The notes below the pieces were generated by a model, which searched no databases, was not told the DNA's origin, and saw only the letters and a program-made list of their open reading frames with translations. Positions 29,654 to 40,535 of a DNA stretch of 64,000 bases are shown here, piece by piece (the stretch's first letter is position 1; each line of letters starts with the position of its first letter). Origin of the DNA: the human T2T-CHM13v2.0 reference genome, Homo sapiens; assembly GCF_009914755.1 (NCBI RefSeq), contig NC_060927.1; one strand, given 5' to 3'. The translations under genes and the position numbers were made by a program.

Positions 29654-31689
29654 TTAAATGTATTAGAGGAGTTGTATAAGAAGAAGAAAAATAAGGCAAT
29701 TAAGAAGTTGTTTTCAGGTAGCTAGGAATAGGAGGGTCACAATGGGAATAATAGTTCATGATCAAGAAAAAGACTGGGAAATAGAAAGTTACTGGTAATT
29801 AGAATTTAGGGCAGTAAGTGTTTGTTATACTTGACCTTGACTAATGCCTGTCACTTAAAGCTTTAGCAATTACAGTATATTTAGTCTCAGGAGCAGGATT
29901 GAAGATATCTGGTCAACCTCTGACAGCTCCAAGGCTACATGATTGAAAGAGTCTTCTCCATATGTAGGATAGGCATGAGGAGTTTGTGGTAATTAAAATC
30001 CTTTACAATTATGATATCATTTGGGAACTATTTATTGAAGTATAACAGTTTGGGAGGGAGCCATGTGTGTTTTGAGTAGATGGAGAGAGGCGAGGAGCCT
30101 TTTAAGGAGTTCCTCATCAGCACAGGTATGGCTGGGGAAAATAGATTGAACAGCGACTTTGCAAGCAATGCCCTGGTGAATTTGGGTTATGGCTACAATG
30201 TAAGAAGCCATCATAGGCTACTTGGGCTCAGGTAGCAATGAATGAATGTTGGAGGTTACTAAGGCACCATAAGATCTAGGAAAGAGGAACTCTTTTGAAA
30301 GTGCCATGGAAGTGGGACATATGTCTTAGTTTTACCTGTTTGTAACCTTAGATCACGTAATTTTATTTTGGGGCATAACAACATTTACCTCAAGTATCAT
30401 ATATAGAAATCAACTCTAAAGTTAAATCCTGTGTGACTAAAGATTTTCTGCAGTCCTATCAAGCAAGCATCTTAAGAGGTAAAAAACAGAAAGGTTTTGT
30501 GAATACTTTTACATATTAAAACTACTCAGTTTCCGAAATTTAGTGTTTCTAACAGTGCACCCAACATAAAACAAATGTTTTCAATGGGAACCATTTGGGG
30601 AACATAGAAAAACTGGAGGGAATACAAATTATTCTCAGGGTGCTCAGAGAAGCCATCAGAAAAATTTGGGTATAAGAATGGGATATTAACATTAATTTAC
30701 CTTGATATAATACAAATGGACATCAAGCTTGAATTAACACCAACAATTCTCAAGGGCTCAATTCTCACTGTTCTGTTGGGCTATGAAACAGAGTTAGTTG
30801 TGTTCCTGAGGCAATTTTTCTTCTTTCTGAATTGCACTAAAGAAAAAAAAAAAAAAAAAAAGCCCCTACCTCCTATGGAAAGAAACAAAATTTTATCTTT
30901 CCACTTGTATTATTTCTTACATCCACTGCAAAAGAATTGTTCAATTATTCACAATGCTTCATGTTATAAATTAGCTAGAATATTGATGTGTGTCAATTGG
31001 TATACAAAAATTTAGGAAATGCTTTAGATTAACATTAAAATTTAGGAACCTTGTTTGAAGATTATCAGAGAAAAGCCTAGGGGAATCAGATGACGGATTC
31101 TTAGGCTATGTATGGTTTGTGTATACAGAGTTAATGCAATGATATAAAAGTTTTATTCAGAAAAAAACTATCTTCGATATATCTCTGTAATTAATACAAA
31201 AACTTGGGTATTAGAAACATTCTTGTGTTTTTGGAGTCCAGTGAAATAAAATCATATTCCACCCCAAAATAATTGGTGTCTGTCATGTGAGTTCTTTGTT
31301 TGATAGAACCCCAGAGATATTAATGTAAATCTAAATTGATATACTATTATACTTAAAGTGATGAATTTTTTTCTTAGCTATACTACTAAAACATTCATTT
31401 TTCACTTGAAGGTCATTGACATTTTTTATTTTTATGTAGTTATTTTAAAACATTTTTACTGATATGTGGACAGGCATTTAAAACAAGATTTAGTATTAAA
31501 TTTTGCATCTAGAAAGGTTTTATGAAAAGAATTGAAGACTTAATATGGTTTAATAGACATGATCATGGATAACTATTTACTAAAGGACCAAATTGAAAAC
31601 TACTTTAAAACATAATTTAGATGATCCTTTTCATTAAGGAGCTTTGATTACATTGTTGGTTAGACTGCAAAAGGGAACAACACATTTTC

Positions 31690-32500
31690 AAAAACAATTT
31701 GGCCTTAAGTTGTAAAGTCGAACATTTTCATTCTCTATGATTAAGTAATTTCACTTCTAGGTATCTACCTAGAGAAACTTTTGCATATGTGCACGAAGAG
31801 ATAATACAAGAGTAATTCAAGAAATTATTGATCCTAATAGTAAAAACTTGGAAATTTGAACATCCACAGAAGATGAATACATAACTTACGGAACAGTCAC
31901 ACAATGGAGTATTACATAGCTGTAAAATGACTGATTTACAGCTATATGTAACAATATATAGCTATATGCAACAACATAGGAGGATCTAGAAACTTAATAG
32001 TGAGAGAAAAAAAACAAGTACCAGAGGACTATATACAGTAAGATACCATTTTTTGTAAGGCTCAAAACCAAAACAAAACTAAAAAATGTATTACTTAGGG
32101 ATGCAGACATATATGATACAGTTATTTTTTAAAAGGGCAAGGCAGGAGGCTGAGGTGGGTGGGTTGTTTGAGCTCAGGAGTTCGAGAACAGGCTGGGCAA
32201 CATGGCAAAACCCCATCTCTACAAAAAATACAAAAATTAGCCAGGTGTGGTGGCATGTGCCTATAGTCCCAGCTACTTGGAAGACTGAGGTGGGAGGATT
32301 GCCTGAGCCAAGATCGCATTAAAAAAAAAAAAAAGGCAAGGGGATAGTAAAACATAAAATTCAGGATAGTAGGCTACCTGTGGAGAGGACAGGCATGGAG
32401 GTGGGATAGGGGAAGAACTAGGTTGGTATGAAGATATTGGTAACACTCTAGTTTTTTGGTTGGGTGTTCTGTGTTCATGCATGGTTGTTGTATTTCATAA
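31690..32500 (+). mobile_element. L1MC/ME 3' fragment containing a truncated AluJ (~32144-32334)
   Basis: AATTTCACTTCTAGGTATCTACCTAGAGAAACT...CACACAATGGAGTATTACATAGC. The Alu is flanked by AAAAG(G)GCAAGG. Confidence 0.7.
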
Positions 32501-32768
32501 CAATACTTGCATGCTCTTTTATATGTGTCCTTTAAAAGGTTATACATACATAGGTATATATTAATAGAATGTCAGTAAGAGAGTCCTACTTAATACCTAC
32601 TACATATTTGCATACAGATGGCAGGAACAATTTAAGAATATAAATCAAAGTGACAACTGAGAAATTTAAAACTGTGCAGAGAATTTCTATGTGTATAAAA
32701 GTTTCATATAAAATTTACTTGAAAGGATTTTAAAAATCATATTTATCATTCAGAGTCTCAGCAGATAA

Positions 32769-33083
<315 letters not shown>

Positions 33084-33689
33084 TGATAAAAAATAAAGTA
33101 GATAAGGACATCCTAAAACAACATCATACTAGAAAACAGATTTATTGGTTATCAAACTCCATTTTAAAGACTTTTTAAACCTAAGAGCTACAACTCTGAA
33201 ATATTTTTGAGAATAAATTATTTTTAAAAGCTATATATTTTTTATATACTTGCAAGGCTGACATGGGTTAATTGCAAAGCAGAAAACAGTAATTGCCTGT
33301 AAACAGTTTGATCACTATTGTTATATCCCATGAAAACCTAGGATTGCCATTAATTCTCTGTTCATTACCATGTCACTTGCAATGGCAAAGTATTTGTATA
33401 ATGCATATTTTTTGGTACCTCTTTCCTCTGTGAAATTTTGACACTATTTTACTTTAGCAACAGATCTCTTACCTGTTTATTAAAGAAGTACACTTGCACC
33501 TGTTTTCTGCCCCACAGGTATTCTCAATGGGTGAGGTAAATACTCATGGTGAAGTGCTTATCCCAAAGGCTAAAAACAGAATTGTGGAATAAGAATACAT
33601 GCATTCTTTTTGAGATTTCTGTAACAGAAATCTGGTGAAATATTAGTGGAGAAGTGTAAAAATTAATCATCTCAGTATCACTGCACAGT

Positions 33690-33910
33690 AATGGATGTTA
33701 AGAGTACTGAACTGGTAATCAAAAGAACTGAGTTTGAATGTATAACCTCTTATTTGCTGAACAGTGATATTCGCTTAACATCTTTGGGCTTCGCTTTCCT
33801 CATAAACAGATAATAACTTCTATCTTCCTCAGAGGATTGTTAGGAGAATGAAAATAACATTGCCATATATGAAAAAACCTTCATAATCCTCACAAATATG
33901 CAAATATTAG
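33690..33910 (+). mobile_element. MIR (diverged)
   Basis: GTTAAGAGTACTG...CTTTCCTCATAAA...CTCAGAGGATTGTTAGGAGAATGAAA. Confidence 0.55.
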
Positions 33911-36116
33911 TTTGTCACTAGAGGAAGGTCTTTTTTCTTTTTGTAATATATTAATATTCACAGTAAACTATAACAGAGTTTATTTAGGCATTTTTGGAAA
34001 TTGCCACATAAACCACATGAAGTTTTTAGTAAGAAAATGCCTATAGGGTCTGCATGAAAAAATATTTTATTGATTTTCACGGATGAACACTTAGATGTAA
34101 ATGTCAAAGCATATTTCCACCAAATCTTCAGGATATTTAGCTTTATTAATTAATTCATCAAGTCAAACCTTGCTATGAAACCTCCAGGGAGATCATCAGT
34201 ATGGTAATCTCTCTTCTTAGTTATGGGGGAAGCAGAAGTCATGTCTCTCATGAGTGTCTGTTCTGCTCTCATCAATATAGGAATGTAGTGGACAGACTGG
34301 ATGGGCCTTTGGGTTTGGAATTTTACTGCTACTCCAGGGCCTAGTTTGATTTGTAGTTCTGGAATCTTTATCAGCTTATCTGCAAGTTGCCTTTGCCACA
34401 GTGAAACGAATCCATGTACAGAAAGACTGACAATGCACCCAAAAGTGATTTGATAATTTACAGTAAGAAATATTGTAAACTTATCTTCAAAATAATACTA
34501 ATGCATTACTTTTCTTTATAGTTCCCGAAGGCTTTTAAATTCATTATCTCATTTTGGAACCTCTTGGCTATTGAACAGGATGACTGAATTTATTTTAAAC
34601 TGTTTCTCTATTTATCAGATGAAAATACCTGAAAGGTAAAGCAGGACAGGAGACTATATCCTAGTTGTGAAAAATAACATACTGTTAGCAGTTCTTCATA
34701 TCTCCTTCCTGTCTTTTGTATGCATGTTTATACTATTGAGATTATATTGTATGTGCCATTTAAATGCTTACGTTTTCATTTTTTCTGCTTATGGTGGAAA
34801 TATATGGCCTTTGTAGAAACTTTAGAAAAGTTGTGGAAAATAGACAAAAGTCTAAAGCAGAAAATGAAAGCTGCATATAATCTACTACTGTACGCATGAT
34901 TAACCACTGGGAACATTTTAGTGTATTTCCTTCCAGGACTTCTTATTATTTTGTATTTTTAGAAAAGGAATGGGGATCACACCAAGGCAGAAGTGCTTGC
35001 TGGGGGACAGACACTGGCTTGGCTGGGATCAAGTAGCCTCTTTCTGCTCTCCAGCCCAGCGGACTGGAAGCAGCAGATCAGCACTCTTCTTCCTGGACAG
35101 GGGTAATGAGAATGAGTATTTTCCTTTAAAGCTCACTTGTTTCCGTATTCTAAGCGGACGCGAACATTGTTCTTTTCTCGTGCTTTCCCACTTTCAAGAC
35201 CCACCAACACCTGCCTGCCCACATTTCGAGTTATCTTCGTCGGCTCCTGCAAGCCCGCACTCTTCTCCGCGGTGGCTACTCTCCGCTCATCCAGACTCCC
35301 GCCCTCACTGCGCCTTCTTCCTGCGATGACCGAGGAGGTGGTGGGAGACCACCACTTGCGAGCTTCCAAAGGACTTTCAAACCTGAACCGCAGAGTCAGA
35401 GCCCTCGCGCCGTAGAAAAGTCAGGAGCGCCCCGGGGCCCCCATCGGAAGCTTCGTGCCTTCCCGTGGAAAGGTCGCGAGCAGGGAAGGCCTTCGTGGCC
35501 ACTGAGTCCCCTACTCCAGGGGCGGCGGCCGCTCTCCGAAAGAGCGGCCCTTCTCGTCCCTCCCGAGGTTATCGTCAGAGTGCACTTCCTTGGGGAAACA
35601 GAGGTCATTCTGTCGAGTCCCCCCTTTCTGCTGTTCTCGGGAGGGAGAAGGCTGCTGGACCCAGGCTCGCTCCCCGCCTCTCGGGAGATCCGGGAAGGCC
35701 TCTATTGCTGAACGCCGAGACAGCGGCCAGCGGCCCGATCGTCTCCCTACCGCTTTGCAAGCCGGGAGAAGTGCGTCCCTTCTCGCTTGCCTTATGGCTG
35801 GCGAAGCGGGGACCGCACTATAGTGCAGCCGCCGAAGGGGGGAACGCTCACGTATGGCTCTCGGCTTCCCAGTGAGCAGCAATAGTTCCTGGAAAACCAA
35901 CGCTAAGACTACCGGGGTCAGTATTAGCTTGTCTTAGGAGCCGGCACAGGGGGAAGGAACAACGATTCGCAAGAGCTAGGCAGCGGACCTCCCTCTTTTC
36001 TCCCCCTTGGCTGTCCTGGACCGCATGGGGCTGCGAGCCCGCACCGGCGGCCGCGGAACTTGCTCAGCCTCTGACAGCTGGGTGGGAACACCTCGGGGTG
36101 TCGAGTCCCGACTCAA

Positions 36117-36156
36117 GGGGCGGGACGGGGCGGGGCGAGCGCGCGGGGGGCGGAGC
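36117..36156 (+). promoter_or_regulatory. GC boxes (Sp/KLF) and G-quadruplex motif of the core promoter
   Basis: GGGGCGGGACGGGGCGGGG at 36117-36135 and GGGGCGGAG at ~36147-36155. Confidence 0.65.
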
Positions 36157-36607
36157 GCGCGCGAGCCGGGACGCGAGGAGGGAGCGCGCGAGTGAAGCCG
36201 AGCTGAGCCGAGCCGATCCGAGCCGGGAGGTGCCTGGGAGAGGCAGGCAGAGCCCAGCCGGCCGCCTGCGGCTCAGTACCGACCGTGCCGCGTCGCCGGG
36301 CTCTGCGTACCCCTGTCTCTGCCCAGGCTCCCGCAAAACTTTTATTCTCTGGGGCCCCCGGGGTGTGTGAAGAATTGGAACCTTCCGCCATCTCCGCGCT
36401 CCCCTTCGGCGGCGACCGAGGGGACCTGCGTCCCTCGTCCGCCGGGCTCTGGAGCCCTGCGCCTCACCTGCTGATCGCTCTCCGGAGTCTCGAGGGGGCA
36501 CCCCCGGAGGGACCGCGCGGGCGCCGGCGCCCCTGAACTCTCCCGCTCACCGCGGCAGACCCGCCCAGCGCAACTTTAACTTGATTCTTCTTGCCCAACC
36601 GGGGCAC

Positions 36608-36650
36608 CAGCGGCTGCTGCTGCGGCGGCTGCTGCTACCGCCGCCGCCGC
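36608..36650 (+). repeat. Interrupted CNG trinucleotide tract upstream of the PPM1L ATG
   Basis: CAG CGG (CTG)3 (CGG)2 (CTG)2 CTA (CCG)4. Confidence 0.85.
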
Positions 36651-36928
36651 GGTCTCACAAAGGGGCTCAGGGAAGGGAGGCGGCGCGGGCGGCAGGGACG
36701 GGCCTCCGGGCCGCCGAGGCGGGGAGACAAAAGGGAAGCTGCCTCTGCTCGCGCTGCCTGCTCGGAGCCGCTTGCTCGGCTGCCTCTGGCTGGGCTCCGC
36801 GATCCTCTCCCCCACCCTCGGGCACTGCTCCGCCTCCCTCCCGGCGGGCTGTCCCCGCAGTGCTCCCGGACCCGGCGAGCCTTCGGGGCGCGCGTCGCTG
36901 GTGGTGGTTGAGGCTCTAGCGATAATAA

Positions 36929-37327
36929 ATGATAGAGGATACAATGACTTTGCTGTCTCTGCTGGGTCGCATCATGCGCTACTTCTTGCTGAGACCCGAG
37001 ACGCTTTTCCTGCTGTGCATCAGCTTGGCTCTATGGAGTTACTTCTTCCACACCGACGAGGTGAAGACCATCGTGAAGTCCAGCCGGGACGCCGTGAAGA
37101 TGGTGAAGGGCAAGGTAGCCGAGATCATGCAGAACGATCGACTCGGGGGGCTTGATGTGCTCGAGGCCGAGTTTTCCAAGACCTGGGAGTTCAAGAACCA
37201 CAACGTGGCGGTGTACTCCATCCAGGGCCGGAGAGACCACATGGAGGACCGCTTCGAAGTTCTCACGGATCTGGCCAACAAGACGCACCCGTCCATCTTC
37301 GGGATCTTCGACGGGCACGGGGGAGAG
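36929..37327 (+). CDS. PPM1L: PPM1L (protein phosphatase 1L / PP2C-epsilon) first coding exon, 133 codons
   Basis: MIEDTMTLLSLLGRIMRYFLLRPETLFLLCISLALWSYFF (N-terminal membrane anchor), then PP2C motifs QGRRDHMEDR and FGIFDGHGGE. Phase-0 donor GAG|GTAGGA at 37327/37328. Recognised as the PPM1L N-terminus. Confidence 0.97.
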
Positions 37328-37369
37328 GTAGGAGCTACCCCGGGGCTTTGTATTTGTGTCCGTGTATGT

Positions 37370-37372
<3 letters not shown>

Positions 37373-37414
<42 letters not shown>
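37373..37414 (+). repeat. (GT)21 microsatellite
   Basis: Perfect 42-bp GT repeat starting 45 nt downstream of the donor. Confidence 0.97.
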
Positions 37415-37417
<3 letters not shown>

Positions 37418-40149
37418 AACAACAGGACAGCGTGTGCGCAGCGGGAGAGGATCTGGGTGCGAGGGGCGTGGTGATGACACCACGGTGCCTGGCTGGACAA
37501 ATGCGGCTCAAGTTGCCAAAAGCACTGCTGGATCCAGACTTCTTGGTGCTGAGGGTCCACTTTAGGGAAAGGAGAGTCATCCACAGCATATTTGTTGCTA
37601 CTTAATGTGAGGTTCCCAAGGCCGGAACCCAGAAAACACTGTGCTAGTTTAGCAAGGAGAATTAATGGTATCTCCAGTGAACTTTGGTCCCAGACCCCAG
37701 TGCCCTTGTTCTAGGGTTTGAGCTGAACTAGGCACAGAGAAGGAAGACAATATCTTATGCTTCATTAGGCAAACAGGCTATATCTGCAGAGCGAGCTCAT
37801 TGAGGGTGAAGGAAGCTGTGACTCCTTCCCATCGCCTTCACTCTAGGGAGGAATCCGAGGGGCAGCTCTGCGCTTCTTTCCAACTCTATCAACTTTACAA
37901 GTGCAATCGGGCCAATTGACAGGAGCGCCTCGCTGGCCGCTTGTTTTCACTAGGATCTCAGAGCGGGACCTAGATGTCCCTGGCCTTTGCAGAGGTGGCT
38001 ATGCCCGCAAAGGAGGCGGTGCTTTGACCTCACCCTTGCGCCCTGGCGGGCTTAGGGGTGCAGACGTCGTCCTGCTTCTAGATTCCTTTGTTTGTGGTTC
38101 ATCTGGAAGCAGGAGATAGCTAGAGGCCAGTTCAGTTCCCTCTCCCACATTTCTGTGGCACCCGGGTTGTGCGCTGAGGCCCAGGTTTCCTGGAGGTTAG
38201 GCAAAGCTTGGCTCTGGTCCTTGCGCATTGGCCCAGGCAAAGTGAGAGGCAAATGTGGCTCTAGCGCCATGCTCCAAAGAACACTGGGCCAATCACCCCA
38301 TCTCTCAAATTGGCGGTTTGTAATGGGTTCATTGCTGCATACTCTTTGTTTTCCCTTTTGGCAGCATACTTTTCTTATTCTTAACCCCTTCCTGTTTTTG
38401 ATTACACCCCTCCCCCGAACTCCCATACAAGTTTTCCCCCAACTTTCTTCTCTGCCCTCTGATCTCTGGGTAGGCTGTAGGGAACTGCAGGGACTGCCAT
38501 TCTTTTTCAAGCATTTGCTTGTTCTTTGGCCTTTGTTTTGGGTAAACATTGAGAAAGCTTTCAACTGGATATCTTATCCGCATTCCTTACCCATCACTCT
38601 GCTAATCTTTTCATGCTACTGTGCCTACCTACCTTGTAGAACCAACTTTGCCAAGAATGACAAACTTAGTAGAAAAACTCATTTGGTAGAACTGAAATCA
38701 GTTTTTGCCATTTTCCATCCACTCTAGCTTTTTTTATATTGTTTTTTCAGAATGCAGGTTTCTCACTGGTTGTAAATTTGTAACCTCTTGGGTAGTGTCG
38801 GGGTCCCCTCCCCTTGGTCACAGAGTAAGTGAAAGATATAAAATTAATTGAGGGAAAAAAGGCTGTGTACATGGGCAAAAACATATCTTAATGACAAAGT
38901 TGCCAGTATAATGGCTGATTTGTCTTCTTGGCTTGAAGCAGACTATCTGTATTTTCATTTTTTTGTGCCTAAATTCAATGAGGGTGAAGGAAGCTGTGAT
39001 TCCTTCCTTTGTAAATCATTTAACAAGCTTATATTTATTATATATTTTTATATTAAAATTGGTGGCTTGTGATAATCTGCTTCTGGTCTTAGAAAGCACA
39101 GTTTTAATTTTATTAAAGATTTGGTTGTAATAGTAATGTGGTGAAATTTTGGGTTGTGGTTGTCTGGGTGTGATGCATTGGCATAGTTTCAGCCTTGGGC
39201 TAAAAAGGTGTAAGTGATTGGGTGATTTAATTTTTTTTTCTTTTAAGTTGATACTGTAAAACCTGAAAGTTGCAGACCAAAACACTTTTCAGGTTGAAAA
39301 ATTTCTAGTAGTATCTTGTGGTAAATGTACCATCCAGAAAAGGGACACGATAAATGCTTTTATTTTACTAAAAGTATTTTACACGTACATGGCTTGTCAT
39401 TAAATTTTTTAACTGCAAATGAAAAGATGATAATCTTTAGCCAAACCATGAAATACTTTTCTTTGTGCCTTACATTAAAAAGCATGCTGTTTGCAAAATA
39501 ATTGATATTATCAGTACTCTGAAAAATAGAGTATTTGTTCTGTTCATAATCCCTTATCGTATGTAGCCAGTTAGTTCATTTTGGCTTTGTTTTAGGGCAA
39601 AATAAGGAAAGTGCTACAAAAGGAGTTACTTAATTGCTATTGGGAGTATAACAGTGACAAATAATATTAGATAATTTCTCTTGCTTTTTCTTTATATATC
39701 ATTCAAAATCCTACCATCTAATTCTTGTGTGTTGTTTAGCTCCTTTAACATTCACCAGAGGAGGGTGCCACTGTTTGATTTTAGTATAGATGATGTTAGC
39801 TCCTGTCACAGAAGAGGAAGCTTTTTCTGAACTTTCTATTATTTATGTATATTCTAGCTCTAGAATGGTGCAGACGATAAATGAGGAGTTTAATTTTATT
39901 TCTAATAACTCACACTAGTAAGATAGACCATCAAAAACTAGGGCCCGTCTGTAATTGTAGTACTCTTTAGATGCAGAGGAGACATTACCTTGTATATCCT
40001 TGTACATCCATTTCATCTGTGTATATCAATTTCATCCCTCACCCTTTTTTTTTCTTTTAAGCTGAGATGCTGATAGCTGGAGAAGTTGTGACCTTCCTAA
40101 GGCTATGTGGCTAGTTCAAGGCCTTCAGTTTGTTGATCTCTATATGAAA

Positions 40150-40535
40150 CCACTGGACAAATTGGCTTGAATATTTACCTAGATAGATGGTGCCCTGGGG
40201 ATACAAGGGTGAATGAAATATAACCCCTATCCTCAAAAAGTTTCAGTCTAGTGAGAGAGATAGACCTCTACACCAAAAATTATAGTCATGGTGCGCTTAG
40301 AGTGTTACGGTGACACAGAGGAGGGACATTTAAATCAGACTGGTAGGTAGGAAGGCCCAGGAAAAAACGCCTTGAAGGTATTGTTTACTTCAAGATTAGC
40401 AGCATAGGTTTTGACTTGAGATCTGGCTTTGAATCTGTGCTCTGCTTTATTCTAGCTGCGACATTGGACAAGTTGCTGAAACAGCTTTATCTGGGAGTTT
40501 ATTATCTAAAAAATAGGGATAATAATGCCTGTAAG
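40150..40535. mobile_element. L2 (-) fragment followed by MIR (+) fragment
   Basis: GGTGCCCTGGGGATACAAGGGTGAATG...CAGTCTAGTG, then GACATTGGACAAGTTGCT...ATCTAAAAAATAGGGATAATAATGCC. Confidence 0.55.

Larger units (their letters stand above)
35150..37460. promoter_or_regulatory. PPM1L: CpG island / promoter of PPM1L
   Basis: Abrupt rise in GC and CpG density versus AT-rich, CpG-depleted flanks. Free of interspersed repeats and overlaps the first coding exon. No obvious TATA box. Confidence 0.92.

Noticed and set aside
30030-30310. Unique-looking segment considered as a processed pseudogene or exon
   Set aside because: No recognisable translation, poly-A/TSD or convincing splice signals. It cannot be supported without a database search.
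36929-37474. 181-aa ORF as a complete protein
   Set aside because: Homology to PP2C stops at DGHGGE, followed by a GT donor. The rest is intron read-through across the GT microsatellite, so only 36929-37327 is called CDS.
34970-37584. Many overlapping 80-180 aa ORFs on both strands in the CpG island (including poly-Ala and His-Thr repeat ORFs)
   Set aside because: GC-rich DNA is depleted of stop codons. Most use non-ATG starts, have low-complexity translations and no domains, or are antisense shadows of exon 1.
38092-38727. 211-aa + strand ORF and 170-aa opposite ORF in intron 1
   Set aside because: Non-ATG start, composition follows a pyrimidine-rich tract, no recognisable domain or clear exon boundaries.
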